64,000 bases of DNA from Clostridia bacterium. GTDB taxonomy: Bacteria; Bacillota; Clostridia; Christensenellales; CAG-138. The position numbers and the translations under genes were made by a program. The DNA is taken from contig JAFPWD010000004.1 in assembly GCA_017395105.1 (NCBI GenBank), forward strand, positions 21,143-85,142, written 5' to 3'. Below are positions 1-9,784 of the stretch, one piece after another; position 1 is the first letter of the stretch, and each line of letters opens with the position of its first letter. The notes beneath the pieces were generated by a model that was not told where the DNA came from, ran no database searches, and saw only the letters and a program-made list of their open reading frames with translations.

Positions 1-879
1 GACACCATCAACGTTGGCGGCAACCCCAGCTCCGCTGAGTCCAAGGCTCTGCGCAAGGCTATTGCCACCGTTCTTGCTGTATACCGTGATGTATCCTTCG
101 AGTCCTACTACGGCGAGGCTGCTTCCGTAATCCAGTACCCCATCTCCAACACCTCTTGGGCAGCTCCTCAGGCTTCCGATCCCGATTACAAGATCGCGTT
201 CTCCGAGGATCCCCAGGGCAACCCCATCTACACCGCTTCCATGTCCGCAGACGATAAGTATGCTGCTGCTCTCGAGGCCTCTCTGGCTTGGTTCGAGGCT
301 GCCGGCTACACCGTTGCAGACGGCAAGCTCACCGCTGCTCCCGAGGGCGCTAAGCTCGATTACGAGGTAATCATCCCCGCTGACGGTCAGAAGGATCATC
401 CCTCCTACAACGTTCTCTCTATGGCACGCGAAGCTTTCGAGACCATTGGCTTCACCCTTATCATCAACGATCCCGCTGACTCCAACGTTCTTTGGAACGC
501 GCTCGACTCCGGCGAGCAGGAGATGTGGTGCGCTGCATGGGGTTCCACCATTGATCCCGATATGTATCAGGTCTACCACGGCAACAACATCGTTGGTAAG
601 GGCGGCACCGACTCCAACCACTATCATATCAACGACGATCAGCTCAACCAGCTCATCATGGATGCACGTACCTCCGATGACCAGAGCTTCCGTAAGACCG
701 TCTACAAGCAGTGCCTCGATATCATCGTTGACTGGGCAGTTGAGATTCCCGCTTACCAGCGTCAGAACTGCATCGTGTTCAGCACCGAGCGCATCAACCT
801 CGATACTCTGACCCCCGACATCACCACTTTCTGGGGCTGGATGAACGACATCGAGAAGCTCGAGATGAAGTATAACTGA
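1..879 (+). CDS. ABC transporter substrate-binding protein, family 5 (oligopeptide/dipeptide/nickel type), C-terminal part; 5' end outside the window
   Basis: Frame 1 is open from nt 1; the track ORF 241..879 is only the Met-initiated part. The C-terminal sequence is SBP family-5 like (WCAAWGSTIDPDMY). OppB/C/D/F-type genes follow directly. Confidence 0.8.
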   Translation, partial: DTINVGGNPSSAESKALRKAIATVLAVYRDVSFESYYGEAASVIQYPISNTSWAAPQASDPDYKIAFSEDPQGNPIYTASMSADDKYAAALEASLAWFEAAGYTVADGKLTAAPEGAKLDYEVIIPADGQKDHPSYNVLSMAREAFETIGFTLIINDPADSNVLWNALDSGEQEMWCAAWGSTIDPDMYQVYHGNNIVGKGGTDSNHYHINDDQLNQLIMDARTSDDQSFRKTVYKQCLDIIVDWAVEIPAYQRQNCIVFSTERINLDTLTPDITTFWGWMNDIEKLEMKYN

Positions 880-1003
880 TGATTCAAAAAGGTTCTGCGG
901 GCATTAGCCCACAGGGCAACTCGGTTGAGCCCACCTTTTCGGTGGGCTCAACTGGAATTCCGGCAAAATTACGCGGTTCCGGAACCGCGAGAGGGTGGTA
1001 TAC

Positions 1004-1993
1004 ATGTGGAAATTCCTCGTTAGGAGAATTTTATTAGGTATTCTGATAGTCATACTCGGCGCATTCGTCGTGTATGCCGTTATTCGTTGCCTGCCTGCCG
1101 ACTATCTGCAGAAGATGGCAAGGCAGCTCGCAGCAGGCTCCCAGGGACGCATCAAATGGGAGGATATGTACGAAAGTCTTAAGGTTCAGTACGGCATGAA
1201 CACCGATATCTTCACCGGCTATCTCAAGTGGCTCGGCAATGCCATCACCGGCAATTTCGGCGATTCTTGGATGTACATGAAGCCTGTTACCAAGGTTTTC
1301 AGCGAAGTTATCTGGTGGTCCGTTCTTATGAACGTTATCACTCTTATTGTTGAAGTTTTGATCTCCATTCCGCTCGGTATTCTTGCCGCTCGCAAGCAGT
1401 ACCATCTTACGGATTATGCGGTCACGGTCTTTGCTCTTATGTGTATTTCGCTTCCGAGCTTCTACATCGGCACGGTTCTGAAATACGTATTCGCGGTAAA
1501 GCTCCAAATCTTGCCGCTCTACGGCTTGACAGGCCGCTTCTTCGAATCGCTCTCGACATGGGGCAAGATCGGCGACATTGCCGTTCACCTTATCATGCCG
1601 GTTGCAACGCTTGCTATCCTTTCCGTTGGTAGTCTCGTGCGTTTCACCCGTACCAACATGCTCGAGGTGCTCAATTCCGACTACATCCGTACCGCAAGGG
1701 CGAAGGGTCTCAATGAGAAGGTCGTTGTCAATAAGCACGCCTTCCGCAACACTCTGATACCGCTCGTAACCGTTTTCAGCGGCCTGCTTCCGAGCTTCTT
1801 CGGCGGCGCTATGATAACGGAAACGATCTTCCAGATCCCCGGTATCGGTTACAGATCATTCCAGGCTATGCTCCAGGGTGATATTCCCTTCGCAATGTTC
1901 TACACCACGTTCCTGATGGTTCTCACGCAGGTCAGCTTGATCCTTGCGGACATCATGTACGCTGTTGTAGACCCGCGCGTTCGCGTCAATTAA
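1004..1993 (+). CDS. Peptide ABC transporter permease, OppB/DppB type
   Basis: Multi-TM protein with the binding-protein-dependent transporter loop (IRTARAKGLNEKVVVNKHAFRNTLIPLVT). ATG at 1004 follows GAGAGGG; the track start at 995 is a GTG. Confidence 0.9.
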   Translation: MWKFLVRRILLGILIVILGAFVVYAVIRCLPADYLQKMARQLAAGSQGRIKWEDMYESLKVQYGMNTDIFTGYLKWLGNAITGNFGDSWMYMKPVTKVFSEVIWWSVLMNVITLIVEVLISIPLGILAARKQYHLTDYAVTVFALMCISLPSFYIGTVLKYVFAVKLQILPLYGLTGRFFESLSTWGKIGDIAVHLIMPVATLAILSVGSLVRFTRTNMLEVLNSDYIRTARAKGLNEKVVVNKHAFRNTLIPLVTVFSGLLPSFFGGAMITETIFQIPGIGYRSFQAMLQGDIPFAMFYTTFLMVLTQVSLILADIMYAVVDPRVRVN

Positions 1994-2005
1994 GGAGGTA
2001 CTTTT

Positions 2006-4246
2006 ATGGCTAAAGAGAATAAAGCTATTGAGCCTAACAAGAACGAAGAAGTGCTCCAGGAAAAAGAGCAGCTGGCTCTCGATGACGCGCGCCGAGTTAA
2101 AGTGCTTTCACCCGGTATGCTTGTTTTCAAGCGTTTCATCCGCAACAAGCTTGCCGTTATCGGTATCATCATTCTTGTCTTCATGTTCATCTTCTCCTTC
2201 CTCGGACCTCTCTTCTCCCCCTACGGGATATCTCAGGTCTTCTTTAAGGAAGTTGACGAGCCCGGCGATTATGCAACGGGTAAATACGTTGAAGGCTCCC
2301 TTTTCTACCCCAGCAACAACGCCGCGCTGAACTCCGCAGTGCTCAAGACACTCGGCGAGAATAAGGTTGCGGGAAAATACTCTCTGATCGCCGGCGAGGA
2401 GATCCCCTTTGCAGCCGGCAGCAATCACTACACTCTCAAGGTCATCAACCCCGACCCCGATAAGCCGAGCTGCGCCGTATACGGCACCACTCATATCGCA
2501 ACCGCTTCCAAGGGTGAAGTAAAGTGGTATGACGAAAGCTTCGTAGACGAGGCTCTGCTCGTTGCTATCACGGAGAATGCCGCTCAGGATAAGCCCGGCA
2601 CCGAGCTTGCGTGGGACGGCATGACCATCTCCATCGAGTCCGACAGGTTTGAAACCAAATACTACGCTCCCTCCAGCGAGCCCGTTGCGGTAACTTCCTA
2701 CAGCAGCTATTCGCCGCTTCTTGGTCGCGTGGGCGAGCTTCAGGCGGACACCGCTTTCCTGCATGACATTGCTTCGGCGGTCAAGGCAGGGGAGACCTCC
2801 GTTACCCGCGAGGGCGAGACCTACAACCTCACCGGTGACGCGATCAGCGGCTTAGTCCTCTCTTCGAGCGACGGCACTCCCCTTATGAACGTTGTCCGTG
2901 AGTTCATCTCCAAGTCCGTAAAGCTCGAGGAGCAGGATAAGGACGGCAACCCGGTCACCAAGGATAAGGATTTCCTTTCCCTCGTTTCCGATTCCAAGGC
3001 ATTCATTGAGGCCGCAAAGCAGGCTGTTGCCGAAAACGCCAAGGAAGTGGTTTTCGAAGACACGAGCTACGAGATCACCGAGAACGGCAACGAATACCTC
3101 ATCCTCAATACCGACGGTCAGATCGGCATGACGGTAGTTACCTCATTCGATCCCGTCGAGAGCAAATACGATTCCCTCAGCTCGGATTTCAACTTCATCA
3201 ATGCGATGGAGACCGCGATCGCTTCCGGCGCATCCACCTTCGAGTATGACGGCGAAACCTATTCCTATGCTGACGACAACGGCAGCTATTCCGCAAAGAA
3301 TTCGGCCGGTGAGGACGTTGTTCTTGCTTCCAATATCGTTTACGGCCCCGCCAAGAACGGTATCGAGCTTACTGCGGACTTTGCAAACAAGCTCCGCGAG
3401 GCGATCGTTGGCAAGCAGAATAAGTTCACCTTCGTAGATCAGTACGGTGAAGAGACCGAGGCTCAGATCGAGCTCAAGGTCGGCAACTACTACGTCAAGA
3501 CCATGCAGAAGACCTCCCTCTTCGATCAGAGAGCGCCTATCACTGCTAAGCATCTTCTCGGCACCGAGAACAACGGTATGGACGTTCTGACCCGCCTTAT
3601 GTACGGCGGCCGCGTATCGCTTATCGTTGGCTTCGTTGTAATCTTCTTCCGACTCATCATCGGTGTTGTCATCGGCGGTATCTCCGGTTATTTCGGAGGC
3701 GTTGTGGATACGATCCTGATGCGCTTTGTTGAGCTGTTCAACGCCATCCCGTTCTATCCCATGCTTATCATCATCGGCTCCGTTATGGATAATCTCCGCG
3801 TTGGAGCGACCCAGCGTCTGTTCATGACGATGGTGCTCCTCGGCGTTCTCGGTTGGACCGGTATCGCGCGTATCGTTCGCGGCCAGATCCTCTCCCTCCG
3901 CGAGCAGGACTTCATGGTTGCAACCGAAGCGACCGGTATCCGCACCAGCCGCAGGATCTTCAAGCATCTCGTTCCCAACGTTATGCCTCAGCTTATCGTT
4001 AATGCGACCAGTGCTCTTGGTGAAATCATTCTTACCGAGGCAACGCTCGGCTTCCTCGGTCTCGGTGTTAAGTACCCGATGGCATCCTGGGGCTCGATCA
4101 TCAACCAGGTCAACGATATGCAGGTCATGCAGACCGCGTGGTGGATCTGGATCCCCGCCGGCTTGCTCATTCTGTTGACGGTTCTCGGCTTTAACTTCGT
4201 TGGCGACGGTCTCCGCGATGCGTTCGACCCGAAGATGAAGCGCTAA
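2006..4246 (+). CDS. Peptide ABC transporter permease, OppC/DppC type, with a very large extracytoplasmic insertion after TM1 (746 aa)
   Basis: RBS AAGGAGG precedes the start. N-terminal TM (LAVIGIIILVFMFIFSFLGPLF). The C-terminal ~235 aa are canonical OppC (HLLGTENNGMDVLTRLMYGGRVSL ... GLRDAFDPKMK). The residues in between have no permease character. Confidence 0.85.
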   Translation: MAKENKAIEPNKNEEVLQEKEQLALDDARRVKVLSPGMLVFKRFIRNKLAVIGIIILVFMFIFSFLGPLFSPYGISQVFFKEVDEPGDYATGKYVEGSLFYPSNNAALNSAVLKTLGENKVAGKYSLIAGEEIPFAAGSNHYTLKVINPDPDKPSCAVYGTTHIATASKGEVKWYDESFVDEALLVAITENAAQDKPGTELAWDGMTISIESDRFETKYYAPSSEPVAVTSYSSYSPLLGRVGELQADTAFLHDIASAVKAGETSVTREGETYNLTGDAISGLVLSSSDGTPLMNVVREFISKSVKLEEQDKDGNPVTKDKDFLSLVSDSKAFIEAAKQAVAENAKEVVFEDTSYEITENGNEYLILNTDGQIGMTVVTSFDPVESKYDSLSSDFNFINAMETAIASGASTFEYDGETYSYADDNGSYSAKNSAGEDVVLASNIVYGPAKNGIELTADFANKLREAIVGKQNKFTFVDQYGEETEAQIELKVGNYYVKTMQKTSLFDQRAPITAKHLLGTENNGMDVLTRLMYGGRVSLIVGFVVIFFRLIIGVVIGGISGYFGGVVDTILMRFVELFNAIPFYPMLIIIGSVMDNLRVGATQRLFMTMVLLGVLGWTGIARIVRGQILSLREQDFMVATEATGIRTSRRIFKHLVPNVMPQLIVNATSALGEIILTEATLGFLGLGVKYPMASWGSIINQVNDMQVMQTAWWIWIPAGLLILLTVLGFNFVGDGLRDAFDPKMKR

Positions 4247-4258
4247 GGAGGTAATATT

Positions 4259-5413
4259 ATGGCAAAGAGAAAAGGCGTTAATTATATCTCCAGGAAAGAA
4301 TCCGCAAGGATCTCCCGTGAGAATCGCAAGATCACGAAAGCGATCGAGAAAAAGCGCAATCGCAGACACGTCGATCCTTCCGAATACCTGACCAAGATGC
4401 GTGATGACAACAACGTCGTCGAGTTCGACAACGTTCACACCTTCTTCTTCACCGATATCGGCACCGTTCGCGCTGTTGACGGCGTTTCCTTCGAGGTTCC
4501 TCAGGGAAGCACCGTGGGTATCGTTGGCGAATCCGGCTGCGGCAAGTCCGTAACCTCCCTTTCGCTGATGCAGCTCGTTCAGCGTCCGCAGGGTCAGACC
4601 GTTGAAGGTCAGATCCGCTTCAACGCGGGCGACGGCAAGGTGTACGACATTGCAAACACCCCCACCAAGGTCATGCAGACCCTTCGCGGCTCCAAGATCG
4701 CGATGATCTTCCAGGAGCCCATGACCTCGCTCAACCCCGTTTTCCGTATCGGCCAGCAGCTCAACGAGGTTCTCGAGCTGCACTATCCCGATTGGACGGA
4801 TGAGCAGGTCAAGGCGCGCACCATCGAAATGCTCAAGATGGTCGGTATCGCAAACAGCGAGGGCGTATACATGATGTATCCGCATGAGCTCTCCGGCGGT
4901 ATGCGTCAGCGCGTTATGATCGCTATGGCGCTTGCCTGCGACCCGAAGCTCATCATCGCAGACGAGCCCACCACGGCGCTTGACGTTACCATTCAGGCAC
5001 AGATCCTCGACCTGCTGCGCACCCTCAAGGATCGCATCAATTCGAGCATCATGCTCATTACCCACGACCTCGGCGTTATCGCCGAGATGGCAGACTACGT
5101 TGTGGTCATGTACTCCGGCCGTATCGTTGAGCGCGGTACCGCAAGCGAAGTGTTCCACAATCCCTGCCACCCCTACACCATCGGTCTGATGGCTTCCAAG
5201 CCCGTTGTCAACCGCCGCGTTGACCGCCTTTACAGCATTCCCGGTTCCGTTCCGAACCCGGTCAATATGCCCAACTACTGCTACTTCCGCGATCGCTGTG
5301 AGAAGTGTGTGGATAAGTGCAAAGGCGAATACCCGAAGGAGATCTATGTCAGCCCGACCCACATGGTAGCCTGCTACCGTTACGAGGACTATAGGGACAA
5401 GAAGGAGGACTAA
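4259..5413 (+). CDS. Peptide ABC transporter ATP-binding protein, OppD type
   Basis: Walker A GESGCGKS, signature LSGGMRQR, Walker B IIADEPTTALD, Cys-rich oligopeptide C-terminal domain. GGAGG RBS. Confidence 0.93.
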   Translation: MAKRKGVNYISRKESARISRENRKITKAIEKKRNRRHVDPSEYLTKMRDDNNVVEFDNVHTFFFTDIGTVRAVDGVSFEVPQGSTVGIVGESGCGKSVTSLSLMQLVQRPQGQTVEGQIRFNAGDGKVYDIANTPTKVMQTLRGSKIAMIFQEPMTSLNPVFRIGQQLNEVLELHYPDWTDEQVKARTIEMLKMVGIANSEGVYMMYPHELSGGMRQRVMIAMALACDPKLIIADEPTTALDVTIQAQILDLLRTLKDRINSSIMLITHDLGVIAEMADYVVVMYSGRIVERGTASEVFHNPCHPYTIGLMASKPVVNRRVDRLYSIPGSVPNPVNMPNYCYFRDRCEKCVDKCKGEYPKEIYVSPTHMVACYRYEDYRDKKED

Positions 5414-5415
5414 CC

Positions 5416-6516
5416 ATGGAAGCTGTCGAAAAAACCAAGAAAGCTGCCGAAGAAGTCAAGGAAAAGGTCCAAGAAGTTAAAAAGACCACCTTCGAACAGC
5501 TCGAAGAGAGGATCCAGAGCGTTAAGAACGAGCCCCCGATCCAGCATGATCCCTCAAACGTTCTTGAGGTTCACAACCTTCTCAAGTACTTCCCGATCAG
5601 AACAGGTCTGTTCTCCCGCATCACGGGCTATGTTCGCGCTGTTGACGGCGTTTCCTTCAACATCAAGCGCGGCACCACGATGGGTCTTGTTGGCGAATCC
5701 GGCTGCGGTAAAACCACCGTCGGTAAAACCATCCTCAGGCTCACAGAGAAGACCGCGGGTCAGGTACTCTTCAACGGCACCGAGATCCACGATCTGCCCA
5801 AGTCCGAGATTCGCAAGATCAGGCCGAAGATCCAGATGATCTTCCAGGATCCGTACTCCAGCCTTTCGCCCCGTCTGCCCATCTCGGAGATCATCGGCGA
5901 AGCGGTTCGTGAGCACAACATCATCCCGCAGAACGAGATGGACGACTATCTCGATAAGGTCATGAAGCAGTGCGGTCTGCAGCCCTACCATAAGGATCGC
6001 TATCCGCACGAGTTCTCGGGCGGTCAGCGCCAGCGTATCTGCATTGCGCGCTCAATCGCTCTGAAGCCCGACTTCATAATCTGCGACGAGCCCGTTTCGG
6101 CGCTTGACGTTTCCATTCAGGCTCAGATCATCAACCTGATGATGGATCTTCAGAAGGAACTCGGCCTTACCTATCTGTTCATCTCCCACGACCTCTCCGT
6201 TGTTGAGCATATCTCCGACACCATCGGCGTTATGTACCTCGGCAACATGGTCGAGTATGCGGATAAGGTAAGCCTGTTCGCCAAGCCGATGCATCCCTAT
6301 ACCGAGGCGCTGTTCTCCGCGATCCCCGTTCCCGATCCGGACTACAAGATGAACCGCGTTATCCTTCAGGGAAGCATCCCCTCTCCCGCAAATCCGCCCA
6401 CGGGTTGTAAGTTCCATACCCGCTGCTCCAAGTGCATGGGCATCTGCGGTGAGGTTCCCCCCGTTGCAAAAGAGGTCGAGCCGGGTCACTTCGTTGCCTG
6501 CCACCTCTACGACTGA
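5416..6516 (+). CDS. Peptide ABC transporter ATP-binding protein, OppF type
   Basis: Walker A GESGCGKT, signature FSGGQRQR, Walker [20 protein letters not shown]; starts 3 nt after oppD. Confidence 0.93.
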   Translation: MEAVEKTKKAAEEVKEKVQEVKKTTFEQLEERIQSVKNEPPIQHDPSNVLEVHNLLKYFPIRTGLFSRITGYVRAVDGVSFNIKRGTTMGLVGESGCGKTTVGKTILRLTEKTAGQVLFNGTEIHDLPKSEIRKIRPKIQMIFQDPYSSLSPRLPISEIIGEAVREHNIIPQNEMDDYLDKVMKQCGLQPYHKDRYPHEFSGGQRQRICIARSIALKPDFIICDEPVSALDVSIQAQIINLMMDLQKELGLTYLFISHDLSVVEHISDTIGVMYLGNMVEYADKVSLFAKPMHPYTEALFSAIPVPDPDYKMNRVILQGSIPSPANPPTGCKFHTRCSKCMGICGEVPPVAKEVEPGHFVACHLYD

Positions 6517-6525
6517 GATTCGTAA

Positions 6526-6804
6526 ATGGCTAAGATACAGAAACAATATGATGACGACGACGGGCGCACCATCGCCAATATGAACGTCGAAGGTATGCCC
6601 TGGTACGATAAGCAAATGAAGCGCGAAAGCCGCGCTCAGGCGCGTGCCGAGCTTGCCGACCGCGTTGCAAGGGGCGATGCTCTCACGACCCGTGAAACCC
6701 TCCGCTACGGCCTGTATGCCGTGCTCGCCGGTCTCACCGTGGTCGGCTTCATCGCCGGAGGTGTCTGTTTGATTATACTGATACTGTATCTGCTTTGGAA
6801 GTAA
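6526..6804 (+). CDS. Small hypothetical protein with a C-terminal transmembrane helix (92 aa)
   Basis: ORF 10 nt after oppF with host-like codon composition and a C-terminal hydrophobic segment (LYAVLAGLTVVGFIAGGVCLIILILYLLW). No clear SD and no recognised family. Confidence 0.45.
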   Translation: MAKIQKQYDDDDGRTIANMNVEGMPWYDKQMKRESRAQARAELADRVARGDALTTRETLRYGLYAVLAGLTVVGFIAGGVCLIILILYLLWK

Positions 6805-6859
6805 GCTGCCATTCGGCAATCAACTCATCATTTTCTGCACAAGTGTGCTACCCTAAACG

Positions 6860-6893
6860 AAGGGCGGTCATCCTCGGATGGCCGCCCTTTCGG
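6860..6893 (+). terminator. Rho-independent terminator candidate ending the opp operon
   Basis: GC-rich hairpin AAGGGCGGTCATCC / GGATGGCCGCCCTT followed by TTT. Confidence 0.6.
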
Positions 6894-6973
6894 GTCTATA
6901 TTCGTTTTGTTGAGGTTTGCTGCAGAGCGGAACCTTGCGCTTGGCATTAATGCGGAGCAGGGGGGAGAGGAAA

Positions 6974-7003
6974 CAAAAAAAGCCTTGCAAAGCAAGGCTT
7001 TTA
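6974..7003. terminator. Bidirectional hairpin terminator downstream of tRNA-Thr
   Basis: AGCCTTGC-AAA-GCAAGGCT, flanked by an A7 run on one side and TTTTA on the other. Confidence 0.7.
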
Positions 7004-7006
7004 TGT

Positions 7007-7082
7007 TGGAGCTGGTGATCAGATTCGAACTGACTACCTCGTCATTACCAATGACGTGCTCTACCTACTGAGCTACACCAGC
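7007..7082 (-). tRNA. tRNA-Thr (anticodon GGU), CCA encoded
   Basis: The reverse complement reads GCTGGTGTAGCTCAGTAGGTAGAGCACGTCATTGGTAATGACGAGGTAGTCAGTTCGAATCTGATCACCAGCTCCA. This gives a 7-bp acceptor stem, D-arm AGCTCAGTAGGTAGAGC, anticodon loop TTGGTAA, and T-arm GTTCGAATC. Confidence 0.93.
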
Positions 7083-7098
7083 GTGCCGAACGAATTGT

Positions 7099-7127
7099 AT
7101 TATAGCGGAAGTTGACATCATTTTCAA
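7099..7127 (-). promoter_or_regulatory. Sigma-70-type promoter for tRNA-Thr
   Basis: Minus strand reads TTGAAA, 17 nt, TATAAT. The -10 element ends about 16 nt upstream of the mature tRNA 5' end. Confidence 0.55.
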
Positions 7128-7281
7128 GCCCTTTTCACCATTAACTATTATATATTTGCGTTTGCGTATGACCAATGCTCATAATTCACCTTGTTCGTGT
7201 ATAAATTTCTTCCGCACTGCGCTATTGAGGTATATTTTGAGCATTATACCGAAAATGTACTTAAATGTTCACAAATCCGCC

Positions 7282-7310
7282 TTGAAATTAGACGAATATT
7301 GAACTATAAT
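7282..7310 (+). promoter_or_regulatory. Sigma-70-type promoter upstream of the VanW-family gene
   Basis: TTGAAA (7282-7287), 17 nt, TATAAT (7305-7310), inside an AT-rich intergenic region. Confidence 0.5.
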
Positions 7311-7352
7311 GTATTCGTAGCAAGATGCTTTTTTGCGATTGAAGCTTGAATC

Positions 7353-9077
7353 ATGCGTACTGTGAGGGGAAAAACATTGGAAACTGATTATGTGGTAAAT
7401 AAACCGTCCGCTTTTAAAGGTGCCGAAGTATCTGCGCTGAGCGTTGAGGATAAAAGCATGCTGTGGCGTATCATCAGGATAGGCGTTTATTTTCTGGTGA
7501 TAACCGCTGTCTTTGCGTATATCTATTTTTCAACTAAGACTCTGCGCGAGAGATTCGTTGCCGCCGAGCAGGAGAATGATGAAAACAATCAATACACCGT
7601 TACCGATCTTGCAAGCGGCGGTATGCTTGTCAAGGGCAAGTCGAACGGCATTGATTACGAATACATTGAGGACGGCAGGATCCTCAATGGGGTCAGAGTT
7701 GCCGGTGTCGATTTGGGTGGCATGGACTATGCTCAGGCTCGCGAGGCGCTGCTCAACGACGTTGAAAAAAGGATCGCCGATATCAATATCTGCGCAAACG
7801 TCGAGAATACTACGATGCTTCTCACCGCAGCCGATTTCAACGTCTCCTGTGACGTGAACCCGCTGCTCCACGAGGCATTCAAGGTTGGCAGGGAGAGCGA
7901 GCAGACCGATTTCTATTCCGTTTATCTCGAAAGGCAGAGGATCGCCGAGGAGGGCGTTGAGCTTGGCGATTACGAACTCACTATGGATGAGGAGAGCATG
8001 CGAGCGATCGTCGATGAGATCGGCGAAATGGTGGATAAGTCGCCCACAGAGCCCTATATCACGCTTCTGAATCTCGTTGGCGGCGGTAAGCCCGGCGTTG
8101 GTATCGGCGGCAGGACGGACGATCTTGCTTCCGTTAAAACAGTCTATGCGCCGAATGGCACCGCAATGGCCGATATCCAGTTCCATAACGGGCATAACGG
8201 CTACGTGCTCAATAGGGAGGACATGCTTAAAAAGATCTGCAATGCGTTCTACTCCGGCGAACATAATGCGGAGCTTATTCTCGAACTCGAGGAGACCGAG
8301 CCCGAATATACCGCCGCTGAGCTCGCCGCTTCCTATACCGAGCTTTCAAGGTTTTCAACTCGCTTCTCATCAAGCGGCGATTATCGCGCCCGCAACGTTC
8401 AGAAGGCTGCGGGACTGCTGCACTGCGTTGTGATGCTTCCGGGTGAGGAATACGGCTATAACGACCTGCTTGGCCCGCGCTACGAAAAGGACGGCTGGCT
8501 TCCCGCGCCCGGCATCTCCGGCGGCAAGGAGTATATCGACAGCCCCGGCGGCGGCATCTGCCAGGTCAGCTCCACGCTCTACAATTCGCTGCTGCTTATT
8601 GGGGAGGATGCCAAGATAATCCGCAGGTATCATCACTCCATACCCGGCAGCTACATCGATATGGGTCTGGATGCTACCGTTTCCTACGGCGGTCCCGATC
8701 TTGTTTGGAAGAATACCACCGAAACGAGCATGCTGCTGTTTGCCTATGCCGATATGCGCAACCGTACCGTTTATTCCATCATCTACGGCGTACCGCGCGA
8801 GGATGGTCACACCTTTAAGGTTTGGTCGGAGATTGTTGAAGAGGTCGAGCCGCCAGAGCCCCTCATCATAGAGGAGCCGATGTGGCCGAGCGGCTACTCC
8901 AAAATGGTCATAACTCCGCGAACCGGCTATAACGTGGACGTGTTCAGGCAGGAATACGATGCCGACGGCAACCAAGTGGGCGAGCCCGTGAAGCTGTATC
9001 AGGATAAATACGCGGCCGTTCAGGGCGAGAAGCATGTCGGTACCGGCTCGCCGTCGCTCCCGATCCCGCAGGGCTGA
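7353..9077 (+). CDS. VanW-family protein with N-terminal membrane anchor
   Basis: N-terminal TM (IIRIGVYFLVITAVFAYIYF). VanW core is unmistakable (PGEEYGYNDLLGPRY...GGGICQVSSTLYNSLLL...DATVSYGGPDLVWKN). The start is uncertain: ATG 7353 lacks an SD, and TTG 7377 follows GAGGGGA. Confidence 0.85.
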   Translation: MRTVRGKTLETDYVVNKPSAFKGAEVSALSVEDKSMLWRIIRIGVYFLVITAVFAYIYFSTKTLRERFVAAEQENDENNQYTVTDLASGGMLVKGKSNGIDYEYIEDGRILNGVRVAGVDLGGMDYAQAREALLNDVEKRIADINICANVENTTMLLTAADFNVSCDVNPLLHEAFKVGRESEQTDFYSVYLERQRIAEEGVELGDYELTMDEESMRAIVDEIGEMVDKSPTEPYITLLNLVGGGKPGVGIGGRTDDLASVKTVYAPNGTAMADIQFHNGHNGYVLNREDMLKKICNAFYSGEHNAELILELEETEPEYTAAELAASYTELSRFSTRFSSSGDYRARNVQKAAGLLHCVVMLPGEEYGYNDLLGPRYEKDGWLPAPGISGGKEYIDSPGGGICQVSSTLYNSLLLIGEDAKIIRRYHHSIPGSYIDMGLDATVSYGGPDLVWKNTTETSMLLFAYADMRNRTVYSIIYGVPREDGHTFKVWSEIVEEVEPPEPLIIEEPMWPSGYSKMVITPRTGYNVDVFRQEYDADGNQVGEPVKLYQDKYAAVQGEKHVGTGSPSLPIPQG

Positions 9078-9196
9078 TAAACGCTCGTTTTCAATGAGCA
9101 TCGGTTCGCTAAAGTCGGTTCTCACCTTTGGCGGTGCATCTTGAATTAATATACCGAAAAAATACGGTTTTTTTGAGAAAAACAACTTAAAAAAGC

Positions 9197-9225
9197 TTGA
9201 CAAAGCGCTTCGGATTCTGTATAAT
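9197..9225 (+). promoter_or_regulatory. Consensus sigma-70 promoter of the rplM-rpsI operon
   Basis: TTGACA (9197-9202), exactly 17 nt, TATAAT (9220-9225). Confidence 0.75.
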
Positions 9226-9332
9226 GCCGAAGTGCTTTGCTTATGGTGGAGGATTGCGGTCACCAGCCCCGTCCGTTGTCGGAAATCTTAGCAAAAAATA
9301 AGAAATTCAACAAACTCTTTGGAGGACATTGC
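9226..9332 (+). promoter_or_regulatory. 5' leader of rplM (~100 nt), possible L13 autoregulatory leader
   Basis: Long untranslated region between a consensus promoter and the rplM RBS (GGAGGA). Firmicutes have a described L13 leader RNA, but the structure was not verified here. Confidence 0.3.
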
Positions 9333-9764
9333 ATGAAAAGCTATATGGCAAAAGCAGAGTCCATGGAACGCAAGTGGTACATCGTTGATGCAGAAGGCAT
9401 GGTGCTCGGCCGTCTCGCATCCCAGGTTGCCGCTATACTCCGTGGTAAACATAAGCCCATCTTTACGCCCCACGTGGACTGTGGCGATCACGTTATCATC
9501 ATCAACGCCGATAAGGTCGTTCTGACCGGCCGCAAGCTCGATCAGAAGATCTACTATCATCACACCGGCTATCCCGGCGGACTTAAAGAGACCAAGTACG
9601 GCACTCTCATCGAGAAAAAGCCCGAGTTCATGGTTCATGAAGCCGTTCGCCGCATGATGCCCAAGGGCCCTCTCGGCAGGCAGATGCTCACCAAGCTTCG
9701 CGTTTATCGCGGCAGCGAGCATAAGCACCAGGCTCAGATGCCCGAAGAGCTCAAGCTGAAGTAA
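9333..9764 (+). CDS. rplM: 50S ribosomal protein L13
   Basis: [30 protein letters not shown]... is the canonical L13 N-terminus. The upstream part of track ORF 9237.. is leader sequence. Confidence 0.97.
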   Translation: MKSYMAKAESMERKWYIVDAEGMVLGRLASQVAAILRGKHKPIFTPHVDCGDHVIIINADKVVLTGRKLDQKIYYHHTGYPGGLKETKYGTLIEKKPEFMVHEAVRRMMPKGPLGRQMLTKLRVYRGSEHKHQAQMPEELKLK

Positions 9765-9784
9765 TAGGGAAGGAGATTTAAACT

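Noticed and set aside
3143-5362. 739-aa ORF on the minus strand, the longest unexplained ORF in the track
   Set aside because: It lies exactly antisense to the oppC and oppD genes, whose products have unambiguous ABC permease and Walker motifs. Its translation is low-complexity (rich in A, G, V, D, L, R and H) with no motifs. This is a typical stop-poor antisense frame of GC3-biased coding DNA.
9237-9332. N-terminal extension of rplM in the ORF track (start at 9237)
   Set aside because: The canonical L13 N-terminus (MKSYMAK...) begins at 9333 behind a GGAGGA RBS. The upstream part lies just after the promoter and is leader sequence.
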